Under the pieces are notes generated by a model. That model saw nothing but the letters and a program-made list of their open reading frames with translations. It had not been told where the DNA came from and ran no database searches. The translations under genes were made by a program, and so were the position numbers. From Candidatus Pacearchaeota archaeon (GTDB taxonomy: Archaea; Nanobdellota; Nanobdellia; Pacearchaeales; GW2011-AR1): a stretch of 64,000 bases of DNA. The stretch lies in NCBI GenBank assembly GCA_041651235.1, contig JBAZJQ010000001.1, positions 31,673-95,672 on the forward strand. The letters run 5' to 3'. Shown in pieces: positions 56,005 to 64,000 of this stretch. Numbering within the stretch: position 1 is the first letter of the stretch; every line of letters begins with the position of its first letter.

Positions 56005-56682
56005 ATGACAGACACAACAGCAAGATTAAGAAGAGGAAGCAAGATTTTTGAGACAATGGTTAATTTAGAATCAGCAATGAAATTGAGAAGAGGCGAGGCT
56101 GTTGGAATTAGTGAAGTTTCAAGAGATAATGCAATTTATACTAACTTAAAATCAGGAATGAGAGCTGCAAGCAAAGATTTAGAAGAGGCTTTTGGAACAT
56201 CTGATTTTTTAGAAATTGTTAAAAAAATTGTTGAAAAAGGAGAACTAGAAGTTACTCAAGAATTTAGAGATGAAGCTCTTGAAAAGAAAAGACGACAAAT
56301 TGTTGATTTTTTAACTAAAAATGGAATTGATGCAAGAACAAATAGGCCATTTACTGCGGATATGATTGAGAGTGCAATGAAACAAGCAGGAGTAAAAATT
56401 GATAACCAAACTGTTGAAAAACAAATTGGGGGCATAATAGAAACATTAAAAAAGGCTATTCCAATTAAAATAGAAACAAAGAAAATTAAGATTAAAATCC
56501 CTAGTCAACATACAGGAAAAGTGTATGGACTTTTACAAGAATACAGAGAAAAAGAAACTTGGCTAGGAAGCGGGGATTTAGAAGTTATTCTAAATATTCC
56601 AGTAGGATTACAATCTGATTTTTATGATAAACTAAATAGCGTAACACATGGTTCAGCTATTACAGAGGAAATAAGAGAATAA
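56005..56682 (+). CDS. sdo1: SBDS/Sdo1 ribosome maturation protein
   Basis: ARLRRGSKIFETMVNLESAMKLRRGEAVGISEV resembles the SBDS N-terminus. Size and operon position fit. Confidence 0.7.
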   Translation: MTDTTARLRRGSKIFETMVNLESAMKLRRGEAVGISEVSRDNAIYTNLKSGMRAASKDLEEAFGTSDFLEIVKKIVEKGELEVTQEFRDEALEKKRRQIVDFLTKNGIDARTNRPFTADMIESAMKQAGVKIDNQTVEKQIGGIIETLKKAIPIKIETKKIKIKIPSQHTGKVYGLLQEYREKETWLGSGDLEVILNIPVGLQSDFYDKLNSVTHGSAITEEIRE

Positions 56683-56683
56683 A

Positions 56684-57406
56684 ATGGAACAAATGAATAC
56701 CGAACAAGAAAATATGCAAGAAGAAATAGAAGAAACTACAGAATCAGCAATTGAAAGAAGATTAGTAACACCTGGAGAAGTTATTGTTTCAGGAGAAGAT
56801 TATTTGCCTGGAGATTTTACTAGAAAAGAAGGAAATGAGATAATTGCAAATAGATATGGATTAGCAGAAGAAAGCAGAAGAATTGTAAGGATTATTCCTA
56901 TTTCTGGTGTTTTTGATCCAAGAAAAGGAAATAGTGTTATTGGAAGAGTAGAAGATATTACCTTTAGTGGATGGTTGATTAATATTGATGCTCCCTATTC
57001 AGCATTCTTACCTATAATGGAATCTCCAAGATTTGTTAATAAAAATAATTTGCATGAATTTGCAAATATTGGGGATATGATTAATGCTAAAATATTTAGT
57101 GTTAAAAGAAATAGTATTGATTTAACATTAAAATCAAGAGGATTAGGGGTTTTAGAAGGCGGAAGAATAATTAAAATAAATCCTAATAAAGTTCCAAGAG
57201 TAATTGGAAAAGAAGGAAGCATGATTAATTTAATAAAAGATTCAACTCAAACTCAAATAACTGTTGGACAAAATGGAATTATCTGGATTAAAGGAGAATT
57301 AGATGGAGAAAAGAAAGCAGAAGATGCAATAAGATTAATTGAAAAGGAATCTGCTTCATCAGGATTAACTGATATTATAGAAAAATTTTTAGGGAGAAAA
57401 AGATAA
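56684..57406 (+). CDS. rrp4: exosome RNA-binding subunit Rrp4 (S1 plus KH)
   Basis: S1 region, then KH GKEGSMINLIKDSTQTQITVGQNGIIWIKG. Confidence 0.8.
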   Translation: MEQMNTEQENMQEEIEETTESAIERRLVTPGEVIVSGEDYLPGDFTRKEGNEIIANRYGLAEESRRIVRIIPISGVFDPRKGNSVIGRVEDITFSGWLINIDAPYSAFLPIMESPRFVNKNNLHEFANIGDMINAKIFSVKRNSIDLTLKSRGLGVLEGGRIIKINPNKVPRVIGKEGSMINLIKDSTQTQITVGQNGIIWIKGELDGEKKAEDAIRLIEKESASSGLTDIIEKFLGRKR

Positions 57407-57407
57407 A

Positions 57408-58118
57408 ATGTCATACACAAAAAGATTAGATGGGAGAAAAGCTGATGAACTTAGATCGATTACTGCTAAAGTAGGAATTGTTCCAAATGCAGATGGAAGT
57501 GCAATGTTTGGATTTGGGGATACTATTGCAATAGCTGCTGTTTTTGGTCCAAAACCATTACATCCACAACATATGCAAGACCCTGAAAGAGGAATTGTAA
57601 GATGCAATTATAATATGTTACCTTTTTCAGTTACTGAAAGAGCAAGGCCAGGACCAAGCAGAAGAAGCAAAGAAATCAGCACAATTAGTGAATGGGCATT
57701 ATCAAAAGTTATTGATTTAAAGAGATTCCCTGGAACTGTTATTGATATTGAAATTATGATTTTACAAGCAAATGCATCAACAAGATGCGCTGGAATTAAT
57801 GCTGCTGCAATGGCTTTGGCTCATGCAGGAGTTATTATGAAAGAAATGGTTTCAAGTGTTTCGATTGGAAAAATCGATGATAAAATAGTTAGTGATATAA
57901 CTAAAGCAGAAGAAGATTATCATGAAGGAGAAGGAGCAACAGATATTCCTTTTTCAATAACTTCAAGAAGCCAAAAAATAACTCATCTTCAATTAGATGG
58001 AAAAATACAAACTGCAAGATTTAAAGAAGCAATTGAAGCTGCAAAAAAAGCTTGCAAAAAAGTTCATGAATATCAAGTAAGAGCATTAAAAGGAGAAGAT
58101 ATAAACGAAAATAAATAA
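57408..58118 (+). CDS. rrp41: exosome subunit Rrp41 (RNase PH-like)
   Basis: RLDGRKADELRSI...NADGSAMFGFGDTIAIAAVFGP matches RNase PH domain motifs. Confidence 0.85.
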   Translation: MSYTKRLDGRKADELRSITAKVGIVPNADGSAMFGFGDTIAIAAVFGPKPLHPQHMQDPERGIVRCNYNMLPFSVTERARPGPSRRSKEISTISEWALSKVIDLKRFPGTVIDIEIMILQANASTRCAGINAAAMALAHAGVIMKEMVSSVSIGKIDDKIVSDITKAEEDYHEGEGATDIPFSITSRSQKITHLQLDGKIQTARFKEAIEAAKKACKKVHEYQVRALKGEDINENK

Positions 58119-58121
58119 AAT

Positions 58122-58943
58122 ATGGAAATATCAAATATAACTAAACGAGCAATTGCAGAACTTTTGAAACAAGACAAAAGATTAGATGGAAGAAATCCTC
58201 TTGATTATAGAGACATTGTTGTTGAAACTAATATTTCAAAAAATGCAGAGGGAACTGCAAGAGTAAGAATAGGAAAAACAGAAGTTATTGTTGGAGTTAA
58301 AATGGATACTCAAGAACCTTATCCGGATCATGAAGATGAAGGAACCATGATGACTTCAATGGAATTCAGCCCAATTTGCGGTTCTAGATATGAATCAGGA
58401 CCTCCAAAAATGAATGCAATTGAAACAGCAAGAGTTGTTGATAGAGGAGTAAGAGAATCTGGATTTATTAACTGGAAAAAATTATGCATTAAAGAAGGAG
58501 AAAAAGTCTGGAGTATTTCAATTGATATTTATTGTATAAATGATGATGGAAATGTTTTAGATGCAAGTGCTATTGGTGCTGTAACTGCATTAAAACTTAC
58601 AAGATTACCTGTTTATGATGAAAAAGAAGGAAAAGTTAAATATGGTGAATTTACAGATGAAAAATTACCTTTAACAGATAATGTCCCATTTACAATGACT
58701 TTCTTTAAAATAGGAAATAAGATAATTATTGACCCTAATAGAGAAGAAGAAGACACTGCAAGTGCAAGAGTTACATTTGCTGTATCTAAAGGAAAAAAAG
58801 AACATATGATTAATGCTATGCAGAAAGGAGAAATGGATTCAGTTAGTGCTGATGAACTAATTGAAATGGTAAACTCTGCTGAAAAAGTATATGATGAATT
58901 ATTCCCTAAAATTGAGAAAAAAATCAAAAGTTTAGAAAAGTAA
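58122..58943 (+). CDS. rrp42: exosome subunit Rrp42
   Basis: RLDGRNPLDYRDI...GTARVRIGKTEVIVGVK is an RNase PH-like inactive subunit. Confidence 0.8.
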   Translation: MEISNITKRAIAELLKQDKRLDGRNPLDYRDIVVETNISKNAEGTARVRIGKTEVIVGVKMDTQEPYPDHEDEGTMMTSMEFSPICGSRYESGPPKMNAIETARVVDRGVRESGFINWKKLCIKEGEKVWSISIDIYCINDDGNVLDASAIGAVTALKLTRLPVYDEKEGKVKYGEFTDEKLPLTDNVPFTMTFFKIGNKIIIDPNREEEDTASARVTFAVSKGKKEHMINAMQKGEMDSVSADELIEMVNSAEKVYDELFPKIEKKIKSLEK

Positions 58944-58944
58944 A

Positions 58945-59337
58945 ATGAGCACAACTTTAACTCAAAGAGCAATGAATCTTGATGAAGTTAAGAGGGTTGT
59001 TGCTGAAGCTCTTTCTGAAGATGTAGAAAACTTAAATGCAAATACTAGAATTGAGAGTATTGTTGGAAGCGAACAGATATTAATTTTGGATTTATTGTGT
59101 AAACTAGGAATTCCTTATGAAGAATACATTCAAGATGGTCAGATGACTGAAACAGGAATAAGCAAACTAAGAGAAGTTTATAGATATATCCTAGAAGAGG
59201 ATAATTATGATACAGATGATTGTGTTAGAATGGGAATATTATCAAATTCTAGAACTGCTAAAGAATTCTTAGGTAAACTAACAATTCAACATTTACAGTA
59301 TATTCAAAATCATAAAACAAGAGAGAGTAAAGCTTAA
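58945..59337 (+). CDS. hypothetical protein at the end of the exosome operon
   Basis: 130-aa ORF. Confidence 0.4.
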   Translation: MSTTLTQRAMNLDEVKRVVAEALSEDVENLNANTRIESIVGSEQILILDLLCKLGIPYEEYIQDGQMTETGISKLREVYRYILEEDNYDTDDCVRMGILSNSRTAKEFLGKLTIQHLQYIQNHKTRESKA

Positions 59338-59385
59338 AAACACTCAAAAATCATTATTATTACTGGAAACATTAAATTTAATATT

Positions 59386-59520
59386 TATAATCTATTAAAA
59401 CAAACAACAAGACAACTGATGATTAAGCTTAATCAACAGATGCTAAAATGTTTAAATTATAGATTATTAATTAATAACCTGCAAAACTAAGATGTTGTGC
59501 AGATGAGATGATTAAAATAG
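59386..59520. repeat. intergenic repeat family copy G (two modules)
   Basis: tataatctattaaaac...ctgatgattaagcttaatcaacagatgctaaaatgtttaaatta...tgtgcagatgagatgattaaaatag. Confidence 0.55.
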
Positions 59521-59572
59521 GGTTGAGTATTACCAAAAAATCAAATAAATAAAATAATAAAAACTCCCAAAA

Positions 59573-60016
59573 ATGATAGAAAAACTTGAAGGAAAATTTT
59601 CAAAATATGAAGTGGCAAGAATTCTTGGAGCTAGAAGCTTACAGTTAGCAATGGATGCTCCTGTTTTATTGAAATTATCTAAAGAAGAAATGGATGATTT
59701 GAATTATGATTCTCTAAAAATAGCTGAAAAAGAATTAGAAGCTGGAATCTTACCAATTAGTGTAAGAAGACCTTTACCTAAAAAATCTGAAAAAACAGTT
59801 AAGAAATTAACAGAAGAAGAAATCAAAGAAAGATTAGAAAAAGAAAAATCTAAAGAGCAAAAAGAAGTTGAACCTAAAAAAGAAGCAGAAGAAGCAGAAG
59901 CTGGAGAAGAAACAGAAGAAAAGAAAGTTAAAGAAGAAGGGGAAATAATGGAACTTGCTCAGCCAGATGATGAAGTTGAAGTTGAAGAATCTGATAGTGA
60001 TGAAGAAGTGATGTAA
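59573..60016 (+). CDS. rpoK: RNA polymerase subunit Rpo6/RpoK with long Lys/Glu-rich C-terminal extension
   Basis: YEVARILGARSLQLAMDAPVL...LKIAEKELEAGILPISVRR is the RpoK core, followed by about 70 aa of KE-rich tail. Confidence 0.8.
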   Translation: MIEKLEGKFSKYEVARILGARSLQLAMDAPVLLKLSKEEMDDLNYDSLKIAEKELEAGILPISVRRPLPKKSEKTVKKLTEEEIKERLEKEKSKEQKEVEPKKEAEEAEAGEETEEKKVKEEGEIMELAQPDDEVEVEESDSDEEVM

Positions 60017-61002
60017 TTTTGATAAGAGTTTTTTATAATTCCTAACTCAGATATTTCTTTTTGAAGAGTTTCTATTCTTTCATTCATTAGATTAATAAGA
60101 TTTATTTCATAAATAGCTTTATCATTACTAAAATGAAGATCTACTCCTTTGGAAGCTAGAATAGCATAATCTAATCCTTTGCAAAAAGGACTTTTTTCAT
60201 TTGCATAATTTACAGCACCAGTAACAATATCTATTGCTTCATCTAATTTAATAGTTCTGTCTAAACTGCTTTCCATACTATGAAAAAATTTAAACTCATC
60301 AGTTCCAAGCCTTTTTCTCATGTATTCTAGAGCATAAATTCCACCACACCCTTTTGCATAATATTGTCTTTGAGTTAATGCTCCTGTTAAAGCAATATCT
60401 AAAAGCAAAGGTGTTGAATTGCCCTTAATATTAAATGTTTTAGAAAAGAGATATTCGCTTAGTTCTGCATTATAATTTCTATCCCACCATGCAAATCTAA
60501 GAATAGAAGTATTCACTTCATGTTTTGTTGCAACAGCCATGTCAAAGATTCTTCTTACTTCAGGAATATACCCTTTTTTTAATGTATTAACTAAATCGTA
60601 TGTAGATTTGTAATGATTTGTGCCATCTTTAATTAATTCTGTAGGTAAATCAAAGGGAAATAATAGCTTAGTTAAAAATTCATCTTGGTTTAAAAAACGA
60701 GGATTATTAAGCAGAAACTTACAGATTTGTTTATTAGCATCATTATCTACTCCTGTATGGGCAAGCAAAGCATCTTTATCTCTTGAAACTTTAATTTTTC
60801 TCCCAAACCCCATTTTAATTTTATCCATTTTACTTTCTTTAAGAAACTTAAAACAATAAGAAAGATTATTAGGATTTTTAGATTGCAGATACCGAAGAAA
60901 TTGGGATGTTGCCAAATGCCCATTAACCTGAAGTCTATCTGCTCCAATAACAACTGCTTTTTCTCCATTAGCAACTGCTTCTAATCCTACAATTACAGTC
61001 AT
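59959..61002 (-). CDS. hypothetical protein with proteasome-beta/Ntn-hydrolase-like N-terminus (MTVIVGLEAVANGEKAVVIGADRL)
   Basis: ATG 61002 preferred over TTG 61020. The 3' end overlaps the rpoK tail convergently by 58 nt, and its Ser/Thr-rich C-terminus is antisense to the rpoK Glu codons. Confidence 0.45.
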   Translation of the reverse strand: MTVIVGLEAVANGEKAVVIGADRLQVNGHLATSQFLRYLQSKNPNNLSYCFKFLKESKMDKIKMGFGRKIKVSRDKDALLAHTGVDNDANKQICKFLLNNPRFLNQDEFLTKLLFPFDLPTELIKDGTNHYKSTYDLVNTLKKGYIPEVRRIFDMAVATKHEVNTSILRFAWWDRNYNAELSEYLFSKTFNIKGNSTPLLLDIALTGALTQRQYYAKGCGGIYALEYMRKRLGTDEFKFFHSMESSLDRTIKLDEAIDIVTGAVNYANEKSPFCKGLDYAILASKGVDLHFSNDKAIYEINLINLMNERIETLQKEISELGIIKNSYQNYITSSSLSDSSTSTSSSG

Positions 61003-61083
61003 GGAATCGAAGATAAACAAAGGTTTAAAAATATTTATATTATATTTAACAACCTTTTTATATTAAGAAAACATCTTTCTTTT

Positions 61084-62268
61084 ATGCAAATAAAAAGAGT
61101 TGATGCTAAATCTATTTTAGATTCTAGAAAAGAAAGAACAATTCTTGTTAGGGTTAAAACTGAAAATGGGAATTTTATTACCTCTGCTCCTGCTGGGAAA
61201 TCAACAGGAAAATATGAAATTAAAAGTTATAAGAAAAATTTAAATTCAGATATTAATGAAATAAATAAATTAAAAATCGATAAACTAAATCAGATACTAG
61301 ATAATAAAATAAAAAATTGGGATGAAGCTTCTGTTGTTCTAAGTTTTATTGAAAAATTTATTGGAAATAAAATAGGGGGGAATTCTCTTTTTTGCTTGGA
61401 AGCTTGTTTGTTAAAAGCAATTGCTGCTGCGAATGGAAAAGAACTTTTTGAATTTCTGGGGGGTAAAAAAGTTAGTTTGCGACCTGTTGGAAATACAATT
61501 GGAGGGGGATTGCATTCTTCTGGAATAAATGGAAAAAAACCTGATTTTCAGGAATTTTTATTTATTGGAAATGGAAAAACATTTGCTGAAAGTGTTAAGA
61601 TAAATAAAATTGCATATAAACTCGCTGGAAATATGCTAAAAGCGAAATCAAGAAATGATGAAGGTGCCTGGGAAACTTCATTAGATAACGAGGCTGTTTT
61701 GATTATTATGAACAAAATAAAAGAAAAATTATTGCAGAAAAAATTAAATGTAGATATTGGAATTGATATTGCTAGTTCAAGTTTTTATTCTGAAAATTAT
61801 TCTTATAAAAATCTGCCTGATAAAAAAAATACAAAGGCTCAAATTGATTTTGTAAATTATTTAATTAAAGAATATAATTTGTTTTATGTTGAAGATCCTT
61901 TAAATGAAAATGATTTTTCTGGATTTAGTGAATTAAAAAGAAAAACAAGTTGTTTAGTTGTTGGAGATGATTTAACAACAACAAATCCTTTTAGATTAAT
62001 GAAAGCTATAAAAAATAAAAGCATTAATGCAATTATTGTAAAACCAAATCAGATTGGAAGTTTATTAAAAGTTAAAGAAGTAATTGATTTAGCTAAAAAA
62101 AATAATATTAAAACAATAATTTCTCATCGAAGCGGAGAAACTTCTGATTTTACTATTGCTGATTTAGGTGTTGGTTTTGGATGTGATTTTATTAAAACAG
62201 GAATTTATGGAGCTGTTCGCGAGGCTAAATTAAAAAGAATAATTGAAATTGAGAAGAAGTTGAGATGA
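61084..62268 (+). CDS. eno: enolase
   Basis: ILDSRKERTILVRV...SAPAGKSTGKYE N-terminus. SHRSGETSDFTIADLGVGF signature. Confidence 0.85.
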   Translation: MQIKRVDAKSILDSRKERTILVRVKTENGNFITSAPAGKSTGKYEIKSYKKNLNSDINEINKLKIDKLNQILDNKIKNWDEASVVLSFIEKFIGNKIGGNSLFCLEACLLKAIAAANGKELFEFLGGKKVSLRPVGNTIGGGLHSSGINGKKPDFQEFLFIGNGKTFAESVKINKIAYKLAGNMLKAKSRNDEGAWETSLDNEAVLIIMNKIKEKLLQKKLNVDIGIDIASSSFYSENYSYKNLPDKKNTKAQIDFVNYLIKEYNLFYVEDPLNENDFSGFSELKRKTSCLVVGDDLTTTNPFRLMKAIKNKSINAIIVKPNQIGSLLKVKEVIDLAKKNNIKTIISHRSGETSDFTIADLGVGFGCDFIKTGIYGAVREAKLKRIIEIEKKLR

Positions 62269-62393
62269 ACTTTTGATAATATCTAATTTAGAACAATGAA
62301 AAATCTGTTCATTAAAATTTTAATTATATCTCCGGTAAAATGTTTGTCTTAATAAGCTATAAATATTTTTAGAATTATAAAATTAGTAGAATT

Positions 62394-63194
62394 TTAATCC
62401 TGCCTCGCATCCTCTAGTTTTCCTGTGAAATCTTCCAAAGATGCATTGAAAGGCATTTTTTTTGCTTTGCAATATTCTCTTGCAAGAATATACAAAATAC
62501 AACCAATTGATTTTTTAGCTTTGTTATTTGCAGGAATTATCTGAGTTATTTCTTTAGTAAAATTATTTGTATCACAAATTGAAATAACTGGTTTCTTTAA
62601 ATTTAAAGTATCTTGCAAAGGATTTTTATCTATCCAAGGATCACAAATTATTGTTAATTCTTTTTCAAAGAAATTTTCTAATTTTAAATTAGTAGTCATT
62701 CCTGGAGGATATTTTTTTGTGAAGACAATGATTCCAGTTACTTCTGAAAATTTTTGTGCTGCTTCCCATCCTGCTTCTCTTTTACAAGCAAGATAAATCT
62801 CTTCAGGAGCATAATTAATCATTAATTTAATTGCTTCTCTTAATTTTTCGTCTATAGCTGCTGTATTGATTACTGCTAATCCATCTGCTCTTCTCTTGTA
62901 AACATATTTTCTCATATGTGGTGTAATTACTTTTGTTCCAAGATGAACTGCACATTTAATATAATCTTCAAGCGGAATTAAAGTTTCTTTTTCAACTTTC
63001 TGACTTTTTACTTCTTCTTCTATTTCTTTTTTAGAAATTTTTTGTGAAACTTCTTCTATTTCTTCATCTGTTAAATCTTCTTGTTTTTTTTGTCTAGGAG
63101 TATCTAAATCTTCATTCATTCTTTCTTCTAATTCTTGTCTTAAAGATTTAACTACAATTTCTTCATTTTTCTTTTTAGTTTTCTTTTCAGCCAT
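62394..63194 (-). CDS. rps2: ribosomal protein uS2 with N-terminal Lys/Glu-rich extension
   Basis: VHLGTKVITPHMRKYVYKRRADGLAVIN...KREAGWEAAQKFSEVTGIIVFTKKYPPGMTTN is the uS2 core, with about 75 aa acidic/KE extension at the N-terminus. Confidence 0.85.
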   Translation of the reverse strand: MAEKKTKKKNEEIVVKSLRQELEERMNEDLDTPRQKKQEDLTDEEIEEVSQKISKKEIEEEVKSQKVEKETLIPLEDYIKCAVHLGTKVITPHMRKYVYKRRADGLAVINTAAIDEKLREAIKLMINYAPEEIYLACKREAGWEAAQKFSEVTGIIVFTKKYPPGMTTNLKLENFFEKELTIICDPWIDKNPLQDTLNLKKPVISICDTNNFTKEITQIIPANNKAKKSIGCILYILAREYCKAKKMPFNASLEDFTGKLEDARQD

Positions 63195-63243
63195 AGGATT
63201 TTATTGAAGAATCGGTTTATAAATGTTTTGAGTTGTTTGATAA

Positions 63244-63738
63244 TTAGTTTTCATTAAGTATTTTAGAGAATAATCTTTCTAAAGAATCATCATTTGCCAT
63301 TTGTATAAATTTGTTGGTTGGTATTGGAAAAAAATCTTTGCCAGACACAGAAGATTTGCATTCTTTAATTCCTGATTCTAAAACTTTAGAGACTGGAATC
63401 CATAACCAAGTTTTATAATCGAAATCTTCATTAGAAATAACAAACCAGACATGTAAGTTAAATTTTCTTTGCAAAAAAGAATATTTTTCAGTTTCTTCAA
63501 AATCAATAGGATATGTTTTGAATTCTTGATTTAATTTTTTATATTTTATATCTACAAATATAAATCCAAAATTAGGAATTAATATCATAAAATCTGGTCT
63601 TTTTCCCGAGAAATCTTTAAATGCAGAAGCAAATGTTTCTTTATCTTGTTGTATATATAAATAAGGAATTTTGTGTTTGTCTAACCATTCTTTAAACTTT
63701 ATTTCAGCTTCTTTTCCTTTTTCGTCTTCTTGACTCAT
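63244..63738 (-). CDS. PD-(D/E)xK nuclease-fold protein (Hjc/NucS-like)
   Basis: E...PDFMILIPNFGFIFVDIKYKK has a PD...(D/E)xK arrangement. Confidence 0.45.
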   Translation of the reverse strand: MSQEDEKGKEAEIKFKEWLDKHKIPYLYIQQDKETFASAFKDFSGKRPDFMILIPNFGFIFVDIKYKKLNQEFKTYPIDFEETEKYSFLQRKFNLHVWFVISNEDFDYKTWLWIPVSKVLESGIKECKSSVSGKDFFPIPTNKFIQMANDDSLERLFSKILNEN

Positions 63739-64000
63739 GAATTATAAAAATTATTTAGATATTTAATTATTTATATTTTAAAATATATTCTTTTTTCCTC
63801 GGAAAATTGAAATTTTTTAATAAATTTTTTAGCGAAACCTTTAAATACCTTCTTATATCCTAAATTTTATAAAATGTTCAACAAAACATTAACTAGAATG
63901 ATTGCCTTAAATTATTTTTAGGTATGATGTAGGTAACATCTAGTTGTATTTCTGTTAATTCCAAAAACAGTGAAGTTGGGAGGATCAATTTGATTCATAA

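Noticed and set aside
61003-61020. TTG start (MFIFDS...) given by the ORF track for the 59959 gene
   Set aside because: The ATG at 61002 gives an N-terminus (MTVIVG...) with more biological sense. The upstream six codons lack any RBS or promoter spacing.
63900-64000. End-of-window intergenic sequence checked for a tRNA
   Set aside because: No acceptor-stem/T-arm pattern (GTTCRANYC) was found. Nothing tRNA-like was recognised anywhere in the window by eye, and a tRNAscan run would be needed to be sure.

Overview
This is an AT-rich (about 28-30% GC), densely coded archaeal window that looks like a small DPANN-type genome (Pacearchaeota/Woesearchaeota-like). Several proteins carry Lys/Glu-rich low-complexity extensions, which fits that lineage. 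Core information-processing genes are recognisable: the exosome 'superoperon' (Pop5, PsmA, SBDS, Rrp4, Rrp41, Rrp42), proteasome beta, archease plus RtcB, CCA-adding enzyme, aCPSF1/FttA, aRNase J, Mre11/Rad50, RpoK, enolase, ribosomal protein S2, an Mtq2-like methyltransferase and two TrmB regulators. A GC-rich island at 1411-1665 with paired termini, a domain-IV-like UCAGG...AGCAGC motif and a poly-T tail is best read as an unannotated SRP (7S) RNA. The accessory part is dominated by a type IV pilus-like (Tad/archaeal adhesion pilus) assembly locus at about 2.7-17.3 kb. It has five or more prepilin-like genes, a FlaI/TadA-type ATPase, a split TadB/TadC-like platform and a translationally coupled micro-ORF. 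A MacB-type ABC exporter lies inside it. It comes with an unusually large set of secreted cysteine-rich surface proteins, two of them with pilin-like N-termini and one with near-identical 69-bp intragenic repeats. Other notable items are a roughly 100-bp intergenic repeat family present in nine or more copies that could be a MITE or an sRNA gene family, a presenilin-like GxGD intramembrane protease, an Ntn-hydrolase-like protein overlapping rpoK, and insertions of unknown genes into the exosome operon. No CRISPR array, tRNA or rRNA was seen. All calls come from reading the sequence and ORF translations by eye, and no database search was run.
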